Source of the DNA: Archangium sp.
Lineage (GTDB): Bacteria; Myxococcota; Myxococcia; Myxococcales; Myxococcaceae
Direction of reading: 5' to 3'
NCBI GenBank assembly: GCA_031367385.1
Contig: JANLPS010000441.1
Coordinates: 1-42,833 of the forward strand
DNA length: 42,833 nucleotides
A model generated the notes under the pieces. The model was given only the letters and a program-made list of their open reading frames with translations, searched no databases and was not told the origin of the DNA. Positions 1 to 8,233 of the stretch are shown here, piece after piece. Within the stretch, counting starts at the first letter, position 1. Each line of letters starts with the position of its first letter. The position numbers and the translations under genes are program-made.

Positions 1-369
1 GTCGCGCTGAGTGACGGCGCTCTTGCCCAGCTCGACCAGGTCTTCGGCCATGGTGACCTGACCCTTCTTGGCGATGTCGATTTCGCGGGCGAGCGCCGAG
101 TATTCGCGGGTGGTGCGCTGTTCAGCGAGGCGCGCCTCCCATTTGCGAACCTTGTCTTTGTCGTCGCTCATCGTGCTCTCGAGCGTCGACCGTTGGTGGT
201 CGAGGTCGTTGAGCTTCGATTTCTCGGCGTCGATGGCGCTCTTGGCGGCGGCGAGTTGGTTCTCGAGCTCACCGATGTCGCGAGGGTACGACTCTGCGTT
301 TTTCTTCAGCGCGGCGATGTCGAGGTCAACCTTCTGCAACGACACCAACGCCAGCAGTTTGTCCCGCAA
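1..369 (-). CDS. C4-type zinc-ribbon domain protein (COG1579-like), N-terminal coiled-coil part; runs off the left edge
   Basis: Not in the ORF track. Manual translation from TTG at 369 (GGAGG RBS just upstream) gives MRDKLLALVSLQKVDLDIAALKK...KVRKWEARLAEQRTTREYSALAREIDIAKK. The LQxxD and REYxALxxEI motifs are typical of this family. Confidence 0.8.
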   Translation of the reverse strand, partial: MRDKLLALVSLQKVDLDIAALKKNAESYPRDIGELENQLAAAKSAIDAEKSKLNDLDHQRSTLESTMSDDKDKVRKWEARLAEQRTTREYSALAREIDIAKKGQVTMAEDLVELGKSAVTQRD

Positions 370-481
370 AACTTCCTCCAGGCCGTGCGTCGATGATGAA
401 CGCCCGTCGGCGACCTCTCTACAAGAAAGGGCGAGCATGATCCAACGTGTTTGTTTCACCGGCGATGAAATGACCGCTTTT

Positions 482-1105
482 TCAAAACCCCGGCCCGACG
501 GTCACGCGAATGGTCGGCTGCACGCCCACGCGGCCATCTGGAGGCTGGTAGGGCCCCGGCACGGCGAACACGGTCGCCTCGATGATGCTGCCGGTGATGA
601 AGCCAGAGCCCCTGGCCGCGCTGCGAACCGTCGACCACATCGCCGCACCCGCGCCCACGGTCAGCATGAACCAGCCCTTGATGCGCCACGAGTACCCAAG
701 CTCGACCATCGGCCCGAGCAAGAGCATGCCGTTGAGCATGAAGAAGCCCGACAGCCGCGCGTCGGCGAAGAATGACTCGAAGGCCCGCTCGACCGGGTAG
801 ACGCGCAGCCCCAGGTCGAAGCCGAATTGCCCGAGGGGGCTCCCGCCGAAGGCGCCGAACGCGGTGAGCTGCGTGGTCACCCGCCGCTCGTACTCGGCGC
901 TGAAGAACAGGGCGAAGAGGCTGCCGGGCGAAAAGTGCAGCGCGTTGCTCAACGGCGGCGGGGGTGGCGGTGGAGGCTCCGGCGGCTCGAAGCGCGGTGC
1001 ATCGAGGGGGCTGTCGATTCGCACCAACGGAGGCGCGCTTGGGGTCGCCAGCGGCACGGGGCCCGCAGGCGTTTGCATCAGCACCAACAGAGCAATGAAC
1101 GTCAC
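482..1105 (-). CDS. Hypothetical exported protein with a Pro-rich linker and a probable beta-barrel C-terminal domain
   Basis: ORF 482..1150. Likely GTG start at 1105 (MTFIALLVLMQ...), followed by a PPEPPPPPPPP linker, amphipathic beta-strands and a terminal Phe (VTVGPGF). Start uncertain. Confidence 0.6.
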   Translation of the reverse strand: MTFIALLVLMQTPAGPVPLATPSAPPLVRIDSPLDAPRFEPPEPPPPPPPPLSNALHFSPGSLFALFFSAEYERRVTTQLTAFGAFGGSPLGQFGFDLGLRVYPVERAFESFFADARLSGFFMLNGMLLLGPMVELGYSWRIKGWFMLTVGAGAAMWSTVRSAARGSGFITGSIIEATVFAVPGPYQPPDGRVGVQPTIRVTVGPGF

Positions 1106-1149
1106 GGCAGACGACCCTACCGCGAAAGCGGTAGCCTTCGACGCGCGCA

Positions 1150-1863
1150 ATGCTCGAAGGCTCGACCCAATTTCCCACCACCCGGTGGACGGTGATTTTG
1201 GCGGCGAAGAGCTCGCCCGAAGCCCGACGCGAGGCCCTCAAGCAGCTGATGACCGTATATTGGCGGCCGCTCTACGTGTTTTTTCGCCGCAAAGGCCTGA
1301 CCGAGAGCGCCTCGCAAGACGCGGTGCAAGAGGTGCTGTTGTTGGTGCTCGAGCGCGACGCGATTGAGCGGGTGAGCCCCGAGAAGGGCCGGTTGCGCGC
1401 CTACCTGCGCACGGTGGCTGGGCATTGGCTCATCAGTCAGCACGAGCGAGACTCCGCGGCCAAGCGCGGCGCAGGAGCGATGGTGGTCTCGTTCGACGAC
1501 GACCCCGCCTTGGCCGAGCGCCTCGCCAGCGCCGACGCCCTCTCGGCCGAAGACGCCTACGAACGCGCCTGGGCCCAAACGGTGATGGACCGCGCGTTGC
1601 TGAGCCTGAAAGCCGAATATGAGAGCGGCGCCCGGTCTGGCCCCTGGGCGGTGATCGCCCTGTTCTTCGGTGGTGGCCCCACCCCGTCGTACCGCGATGT
1701 CGCTCGCGAGCACGGCATGTCGCTGCCGCAGCTCAAGGCATTTTTACATCGCGCCCGGGTGCGCTACCGCGAGCTGGTGCAGGGCGAGGTGCTCGAAACG
1801 GTCGCGGGCTCAGCCGAGGCCGAAGGCGAGCTCCTCGCGTTGACCCAGGCGCTCAGCGCGTGA
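1150..1863 (+). CDS. ECF-type sigma-70 RNA polymerase sigma factor (kinase-associated type)
   Basis: N-terminal FPTTRW, region 2 YWRPLY...QDAVQE...GRLRAYL, region 4 SYRDVA...MSLPQLKAFLHRARVRY. Overlaps the downstream kinase by 4 bp. Confidence 0.85.
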   Translation: MLEGSTQFPTTRWTVILAAKSSPEARREALKQLMTVYWRPLYVFFRRKGLTESASQDAVQEVLLLVLERDAIERVSPEKGRLRAYLRTVAGHWLISQHERDSAAKRGAGAMVVSFDDDPALAERLASADALSAEDAYERAWAQTVMDRALLSLKAEYESGARSGPWAVIALFFGGGPTPSYRDVAREHGMSLPQLKAFLHRARVRYRELVQGEVLETVAGSAEAEGELLALTQALSA

Positions 1864-3275
1864 AGTGCCCCCGCTGCAAGGCGCTGCTGAGCGACGCGGG
1901 CGCGCCCTGCCCGTCGTGCCTGCTGGCGGCCGATTCGCAGGTCGAGACCTTCGCGGGGCTGGTGCTCGAAGACGAGCTTGGCAAGGGCGGCATGGGCTCG
2001 GTGTTTCGGGCGCGGCACCTGACGCTGGGGCGGTCGGTCGCGGTGAAGTTTCTCTCGCCCGACATGGCGGCGTCGGCCGATGGCCGGGCACGCTTCGAGC
2101 GAGAGGCCCGGGCCCTGGCGTTGCTCGACCACCCGAACATCGTGCGCATTCACGACTTCGGGGTCGAAGACGGCGAGTCGTACTTGGTGATGGAGCTCGT
2201 CGAAGGCGGCGACCTCTCGAAGAAGCTGCCGCTGCCGGTGAATGAAGCGGTGTCGCTGACCAAGCAGCTGAGCGCGGCGGTGGGCTACGCGCACGGGCTG
2301 GGCGTGGTGCACCGAGACATCAAGCCGCAGAACGTGCTGCTGACCGCGAATGGCCAGGCCAAGCTGACCGACTTCGGCATCGCCCGGGTGACCCGCGACG
2401 ACGGGCAGGCGTGGCCAGTGACCTCGGCCGAGGTGGTGATGGGCTCGGTCGGGTTCACCGCGCCCGAAGTCGCCGAAGGGGGCCCGGCCACCCCTACGAT
2501 GGACATCTACTCGCTCGGCGCTCTGCTGCGCTCGATGATCACCGGCCGCGCACCCGTTGGCGAGCTGAGCGGCGTGCCCTCCGGCATCGAAGCGGTGATT
2601 CGAAAGGCGATGGCGCAGACCCCGAGTGCGCGGTACCCGACGGCGCAGGCCCTGGGTGAGGCGCTCGAGGCGTTGTCGACCAGCCCCGGGCTCCCCGAAG
2701 ACGAGCGCATGTGGATGAGGGCGGTGGCCTTCGTGCAGACGGCGTCGATCGCGGCGGTGCTGTGGGCGGGAGTGCTGTCGCTGACGCCGCGCATCTTGCT
2801 GAAGAACGACCTGATGCCCCTGACCTCGTACGGGCCGACCGCGGTCGATGCACAGCACGTGCTGACCCGGGCCCGCTTCGAGACCGGAGCCATTCTCACC
2901 GCGTTGGGCGCCGTGGCGCTGGCCCTCGCGGTGACGGCGTCGCTCAAGCGGCACTGGCGAATCGAACGGCTCGACCAGCCCGACCCGGCGGCGCCGCTGC
3001 GGCACTCCGGGGTGATTCTGGGCTTCGGCATCGCGACCATCGCCTCGTACGGCCTTCGCCTGTGGACCGTGCAGTCACCCGAGACCGCCCCGGGGTGGAT
3101 GACGTTCTTGCCCTTCTTCGGCGGAGTGCTCGAGCTAACGGTGCTCTACACCACGGTCCTCTCGGTGCTCGAGGCCACGCGCCGCAGCAGGCCGCTCACC
3201 CGAGAGCCGTGGCTGTGGGTCGGGCAAGGGCTGGCCCTGGTACCGCCGGTGTGTGAGTTCTTTCGAACGCTCTAA
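1860..3275 (+). CDS. Ser/Thr protein kinase with an N-terminal CxxC..CxxC motif and C-terminal membrane helices
   Basis: GKGGMGSV, VAVK, HRDIKPQN, DFG and APE motifs. N-terminus MKCPRC...CPSC. About 4-5 hydrophobic segments at the C-terminus. Confidence 0.92.
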   Translation: MKCPRCKALLSDAGAPCPSCLLAADSQVETFAGLVLEDELGKGGMGSVFRARHLTLGRSVAVKFLSPDMAASADGRARFEREARALALLDHPNIVRIHDFGVEDGESYLVMELVEGGDLSKKLPLPVNEAVSLTKQLSAAVGYAHGLGVVHRDIKPQNVLLTANGQAKLTDFGIARVTRDDGQAWPVTSAEVVMGSVGFTAPEVAEGGPATPTMDIYSLGALLRSMITGRAPVGELSGVPSGIEAVIRKAMAQTPSARYPTAQALGEALEALSTSPGLPEDERMWMRAVAFVQTASIAAVLWAGVLSLTPRILLKNDLMPLTSYGPTAVDAQHVLTRARFETGAILTALGAVALALAVTASLKRHWRIERLDQPDPAAPLRHSGVILGFGIATIASYGLRLWTVQSPETAPGWMTFLPFFGGVLELTVLYTTVLSVLEATRRSRPLTREPWLWVGQGLALVPPVCEFFRTL

Positions 3276-3298
3276 AGCCGATGAAGAGAACGACCAGG

Positions 3299-3646
3299 CT
3301 ACAGCCGGCGCTTGCGATTCTTTTTCAGCGTCTGCTTGAGCACGAGCGCCTGGGTGGTGCTCGACGCAACGACGGTCGGTTTTTCGGTGCGCACCTCGCG
3401 CGGCTGCTCAGGCTCGGCCGCGGGGGTGGGGGCGGCCAGCATGCCCTGAGAATCGGCCTCGACGGCCTGCGCCACCACGGGGGCCGCTGTCACGCGCTGA
3501 GCCGAGAGGGTCTCCATCACCACCAACACGTTGGGAAAGCGATTCAAGGCCGACACGATGACCAGCGTCACCACGCAGATGGGTATGGCCCACAGGTGGC
3601 TCGCACGCGCTCGTTTCGGTGACTTGGGCGGCGTCGTCGTGGTCAT
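3299..3646 (-). CDS. Small hypothetical membrane-anchored protein
   Basis: 115-aa ORF filling the intergenic gap. One hydrophobic segment (LWAIPICVVTLVIVSAL) and a basic tail. Confidence 0.55.
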   Translation of the reverse strand: MTTTTPPKSPKRARASHLWAIPICVVTLVIVSALNRFPNVLVVMETLSAQRVTAAPVVAQAVEADSQGMLAAPTPAAEPEQPREVRTEKPTVVASSTTQALVLKQTLKKNRKRRL

Positions 3647-3910
3647 CGCCCTTCATGTGACCGGGGGGCTGTCGCAGCAGGCACCCTTCGGTGAAGAATC
3701 GACCGTGTGCGCACGCATGGTTGACCACACTGTGGGTCGCTGTCAGCGCGCCTGAGCCCGGTGCGATTGGCAGCGAGAAGGACCGCGCATGCTTCGGCCG
3801 AAACCGTCATGGGCGGGGCTGCGTACTTGCCGCACGCCATGGCTGATGCGCTCCCGGTCGTGCCGACACTTTCGTTGACGCCCCCCGATCGCCGGGCGAG
3901 AACCTCGGGC

Positions 3911-5833
3911 ATGCGCGCGGAGCGAGTCATTGGCGTGTTGGTGGCGCTCCTCGCACTGGGAGGTGGAGGGTTCGCGGCCTGGCGTGTCACCGAAGACGCC
4001 CGCGCTTCGGCGATGGCTGAAGCCGCGCAAACGACCCAAGCCACCGCGAGCAACATCGTCGCCGCGGTCAAGGCGCTGCCCGAGCAGCTGTTGCCCGTCG
4101 CCCAGAGCGCCGCGGCCGTCAAAGGGCTGAGCGCGCTGCTCGAGGCCGACACCGACTTCGACAGCCTCGATGACTTCATGCGCACCGAAGCCGGGTGGAA
4201 GCCGTTTCGCTCGCAAGGCAACACCGGGGTGTTCATCGGCGATGAGCTCCAGGCGGCCACCGGCAACAAGGCTGACGTGCTCGCCGCCGGCCAGCTGGCC
4301 CATGAGGCGCAAGGCCGTCAGAGCGCAGGCGCGTTGCTTGATGCCTCCGACCACGTGCTGATCGCGGTCGCCGCCCGCTCGGTCACCACCCCCAACAGCA
4401 AGAGCACCAGCGTCGCGATTACGCGACCCCTCACCGCCGCCGACCTCGAGCCCATCGCCTCGAAGTTCGCCGCGGCGATCGCCGTCTCCGCCGCGCAGGG
4501 TGAGCAGGTCGCCGCCGGTCAGGAGACCCTTCGCCCCCGCCTCGGCACTGGCCAGCTCGGCAGCCTGACGCAGCAGGTCGTGCCTGGCATTACCCTTCAC
4601 GTGGCCAGCGACGTCTCGGCAATCATGACCAAGGCCACCGAAAACTCGGCCACCCCACGCACGATTGCCTGGGTGATTTCAGGGTTGGTGGCCCTCGCCG
4701 CGCTGGCGTTCGCGTTCTGGCCGCGCCCGCAGACCGAGCTGCTCAAAGAGACCACCAATGAGCTGGCCCGCTCCCGTGAAGAGCTGGTGCGGCTGTCGGC
4801 GAAGATCACCTCGGCGCAGAACCTCGACGGGTCGCCGATTCAGCTCACCACCGTCGACCAGGGCCCGATGGGCGCGACGTCGAAGACCAGCACCTCAGGC
4901 CGCTACGAAATTCTGGCGCAACTGGGTGAGGGCGGCATGGCCAAGGTGTACGTGGCGGTGTCGCGCGGGGCCGAGGGCTTTCAGCGCAGCTTCGTCATCA
5001 AGCGGCTGCGCGCCGAGCTGATCGGCAACGCCGAAGCGGTCGGTCAGTTCATCGACGAAGGCCGGCTGGGCGCGTCGTTGGTGCACTCGAACATCGTGCC
5101 CGTGCTCGACTTCGGGCGCGACGAGCAGGGTTATTTTCTCGCGCAAGAGTACATCTTGGGCCGCAGCATCGACCGCCTGGTCGAGGCCTCGATGCAGAAC
5201 CTGGGTCAGCCCCTCGCGCCCCGGGTGGTGCTCTACCTGGCGCAAGAGTCGCTCAAGGCCCTCGCCTACGCACATGCCAAGGCCGATGATGATGGCCGGC
5301 CGATGGGGCTGGTGCACCGCGACGTGTCTCCGTCGAACCTGATGATCTCGCAGCGCGGAGAAGTGAAGCTGCTCGACTTCGGCATCGTGAAGTCTGAGCA
5401 CCGCCTGACGAAGACCCAGACCGGCATGGTCAAAGGCAACCTGTTCTTCATGTCTCCCGAGCAGGCGCAGGGGCTGGTGGTCGATGCCCGCAGTGACCTG
5501 TTCTCGCTGGGCATGGTGCTGCTCACCGCGTCGCTCGGCACGACGCTGTACACCGGCACCACCAGCTACGAGCTGCTCAACCGCGCCGGAGCCGGCTTGA
5601 CCGACGCTGACCTGGGCACGCTGCGCGGGCTCCCGTTGGGTGGGTTGCTCGAGAAGGCGCTCAAGCGCGACCCCAACGAGCGGTACCCGTCGGCCGATGA
5701 GTTCGCGCGCGCGGTGGCAGCGGTGGGCACTCCGGCCACGGCGGCCGAGGTGGGTGAGATGATTCAGCAGCTCTTCGGTGAAGAATTGGCGAAAGAGACC
5801 GCGACGCTGCGAGAAGCGAAGGGCAAATCGTGA
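3911..5833 (+). CDS. Receptor-like Ser/Thr protein kinase (TM - periplasmic domain - TM - coiled coil - kinase)
   Basis: ORF 3761..5833, likely ATG at 3911. TM1 VIGVLVALLALGGGGFAAW, TM2 IAWVISGLVALAALAFAFW. Kinase motifs GEGGMAKV, VIK, HRDVSPSN, DFG, MSPE. Confidence 0.9.
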   Translation: MRAERVIGVLVALLALGGGGFAAWRVTEDARASAMAEAAQTTQATASNIVAAVKALPEQLLPVAQSAAAVKGLSALLEADTDFDSLDDFMRTEAGWKPFRSQGNTGVFIGDELQAATGNKADVLAAGQLAHEAQGRQSAGALLDASDHVLIAVAARSVTTPNSKSTSVAITRPLTAADLEPIASKFAAAIAVSAAQGEQVAAGQETLRPRLGTGQLGSLTQQVVPGITLHVASDVSAIMTKATENSATPRTIAWVISGLVALAALAFAFWPRPQTELLKETTNELARSREELVRLSAKITSAQNLDGSPIQLTTVDQGPMGATSKTSTSGRYEILAQLGEGGMAKVYVAVSRGAEGFQRSFVIKRLRAELIGNAEAVGQFIDEGRLGASLVHSNIVPVLDFGRDEQGYFLAQEYILGRSIDRLVEASMQNLGQPLAPRVVLYLAQESLKALAYAHAKADDDGRPMGLVHRDVSPSNLMISQRGEVKLLDFGIVKSEHRLTKTQTGMVKGNLFFMSPEQAQGLVVDARSDLFSLGMVLLTASLGTTLYTGTTSYELLNRAGAGLTDADLGTLRGLPLGGLLEKALKRDPNERYPSADEFARAVAAVGTPATAAEVGEMIQQLFGEELAKETATLREAKGKS

Positions 5834-6936
5834 AACACGTGTGGTGGGTGCTGGTGCTGCTGGCCTGCGGGCCCTCGACGTCGCCCGAAGCCGAGACGTG
5901 GACGTCGCGAGAGTTCCTTTCTCAAGCGAAGACCGACAAGTCGTTCGGTGGGCTCCCGACGCGAAGGCTCGGCGTCAACAGCGGCGACGTCATTCCCTGG
6001 CGCGAAGTGCCGTTCGAGACGCAAGACTCGGTGCAGGTGTCATCAGAGCGTGGTTTGCCAGTGTGGCCGGCGTTTGCCGAGGGTCACACCGCGTCGATGC
6101 TGATTACCGAAATCTGGCAAGACCACCCGACGCCGTGGGTGCAACCGGTGTATCAATTTCGAAGCACAGGCGCGGCGCGCAGCGATAGAGGCATCTTCGC
6201 CGTCGGGGTCGACAGCACCTTTTACACGCCCTACTGGCGCGCTGAATGGGTGATGGTCACCGACGAGCTCGCGACCGACGCACTGACCTCGGTGACCGAC
6301 GTACTCAACTCGAAGCTCCCGGTCAGCCAGGGCGCGATGGTGGTGTGCCCGATCGTGCCCCGCGATGTGTTTCTCGCCTCGACCGATGGCAAGACGGTGG
6401 TGCGGCCGCTCACCGGAGAGCCCGTGACCGCCCTCAAGCACGCCGAGGCATGGGTCGATGGCACCGCTGTCACCTACCTCGGTATCGGCATCGATCGCCA
6501 AACGGTGACCGACAAAGAGTTGCCAATCGAGACGCCGATCTACTTCTTCGTGCGGAGCGATGGGCAGACCTACTCGCTCCCACCCGTGCTGCCCGACGAG
6601 CCGACGCGTCACTCGCTCCACCGCCGGTACAACGTCACGCTGCCTGGCACCTTCGGGGTCTTCGTGCCGAGCGCACGCCCTGAGCTGCGGCAGTTTCTCG
6701 AAGCCGAAGGAGCCCCGGTGCCGCCCGCCGACCCGTTGATCGCCGAAGCGACCGCGCGCCCCTACCTGCTGCGCGTCGCCTCGAACCCGAGCTGCTTCAC
6801 CAAGGCCGCTGATTTTCCCGCCAGTTGCCATTGGTTCGACTCACAGAGCGCGCTCGAGGCGACAGTGGGGCAAGACGTGCGGTTTCGCACCGAGGTGTTG
6901 ATCACCGCGAGCACCTTGCAAGTGGGTGGCATGTGA
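5830..6936 (+). CDS. Lipoprotein of unknown function
   Basis: Signal peptide with lipobox (MKHVWWVLVLLAC). GTGA overlaps with both neighbours. Confidence 0.8.
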   Translation: MKHVWWVLVLLACGPSTSPEAETWTSREFLSQAKTDKSFGGLPTRRLGVNSGDVIPWREVPFETQDSVQVSSERGLPVWPAFAEGHTASMLITEIWQDHPTPWVQPVYQFRSTGAARSDRGIFAVGVDSTFYTPYWRAEWVMVTDELATDALTSVTDVLNSKLPVSQGAMVVCPIVPRDVFLASTDGKTVVRPLTGEPVTALKHAEAWVDGTAVTYLGIGIDRQTVTDKELPIETPIYFFVRSDGQTYSLPPVLPDEPTRHSLHRRYNVTLPGTFGVFVPSARPELRQFLEAEGAPVPPADPLIAEATARPYLLRVASNPSCFTKAADFPASCHWFDSQSALEATVGQDVRFRTEVLITASTLQVGGM

Positions 6937-8228
6937 AGTCGGCGTGGCTGCTGCTCTGCCTGCTCTCGCTCACGGCGGCGGCTGAAGAAGAGACGGTCGC
7001 GGTCGACGAAGACAACGCTCCGGCGGGGTATACGCCCGGGGAGTCGTCGCAGAGCGAGGCCTTGCAGCTGACCGGGTACCTCGACGTCGGCTTCGCCAAG
7101 GCCTTCGGCAACGGCAGCAGCTTCGTGACCGGCGACACCCGCGTGCCGGCCGATTACGGCTCAGACGCCTTCGCCCCCGCGGTCAACTCGCGCGGAGACG
7201 TGGCCTCGACCAACGCGCAAGGCCGCTTCACCAATGGGTTTTTGCCGCGCTCGGTGGGCATCGACAACAAGCCGTCGTTCTTGCTCAACACGGTCAGCGC
7301 CGACCTTCGCTACGCGCCCAAGCAGGTGCCGCTGTTCGTCTTCGTGCGCGCCCAGGCGATGCCGCGCTTCAGCCCGACCGGAGACGCCACCCGCTTCGAC
7401 CTGCAGCAGGCCTTTGGCAAGCTGACCCCGTTCTCTTCGCAAGAATTCGCGGTGTCGCTGGGCAAGTTCGACTCGGTCTTCGGCATCGAGTACCTCGAGA
7501 ACGAAGCGAACATTCGCACCAACATCACGCCTTCGTTGATCGCGCGGTACACCACCGGTCACTCGCTGGGCCTCAAGGTGTTCTACCGCCTGCAGTTTCC
7601 CGCCATCTGGTCGGCGCTGTCGCTGAACATCGCGGGCACCAATGACGGCACGCGGGTCGAGGCGCTGGTCCCCGCCTCGGCGAGCCTGGTGGGCGTGCCC
7701 GTCGGCACCGCGCGGCTCGGCTACGAGCTCAACTTGAAAGAGGTGCAGGTCAAGCTGGGCGTCAGCGGGTTGTATGGCGCGAGAAATGATCAGCAAGACC
7801 CGGGCGCGCTGCAGCGGGCGTTCGGGGCCGACCTGCGGGTCAACGTGGCGGGGCTCTCACTCGCGGGTGAATTTCTGCGGCTCGTCGACTCACGCGGCGA
7901 GCGCGGCCTCAAATACACCGGGCAATCGGGCACGGCCGAAATCCCCTCCGGGTTTGGCGTGTGGGGCGGGTGGGTGCGGCTGGCCTACACCCTCCCCTTC
8001 ACCACCGAGCGCTTCAACGGGCTGACGGTGTACGGCCGGTACGATCGCCGTCACGGGCAATTCGAGGGCTACACCGAGCTCGTCACCGACCGCATCACGG
8101 CCGGGTTTCGGGTCGACGTCTTCGAGATGCTGGCAATCAAGGGCGAGTACCTCTTCAACCGCGAAATCAGCGGAGCGCCCAGAGTCGACAACGACGTCGT
8201 CACGGGCTCGGTGGTTCTGACATGGTGA
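6933..8228 (+). CDS. Outer-membrane beta-barrel (porin-like) protein
   Basis: GTG at 6933 in frame with ORF 6825..8228. Signal peptide ending AAA-EE, LTGYLDVGF and GKFDSVFGIE motifs, many amphipathic strands, terminal aromatic (GSVVLTW). Confidence 0.8.
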   Translation: MKSAWLLLCLLSLTAAAEEETVAVDEDNAPAGYTPGESSQSEALQLTGYLDVGFAKAFGNGSSFVTGDTRVPADYGSDAFAPAVNSRGDVASTNAQGRFTNGFLPRSVGIDNKPSFLLNTVSADLRYAPKQVPLFVFVRAQAMPRFSPTGDATRFDLQQAFGKLTPFSSQEFAVSLGKFDSVFGIEYLENEANIRTNITPSLIARYTTGHSLGLKVFYRLQFPAIWSALSLNIAGTNDGTRVEALVPASASLVGVPVGTARLGYELNLKEVQVKLGVSGLYGARNDQQDPGALQRAFGADLRVNVAGLSLAGEFLRLVDSRGERGLKYTGQSGTAEIPSGFGVWGGWVRLAYTLPFTTERFNGLTVYGRYDRRHGQFEGYTELVTDRITAGFRVDVFEMLAIKGEYLFNREISGAPRVDNDVVTGSVVLTW

Positions 8229-8233
8229 GACGC

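Noticed and set aside
68..775. Plus-strand 235-aa ORF at the window start
   Set aside because: It is antisense to the zinc-ribbon gene (1-369) and the 482-1105 gene, both of which give more protein-like translations.
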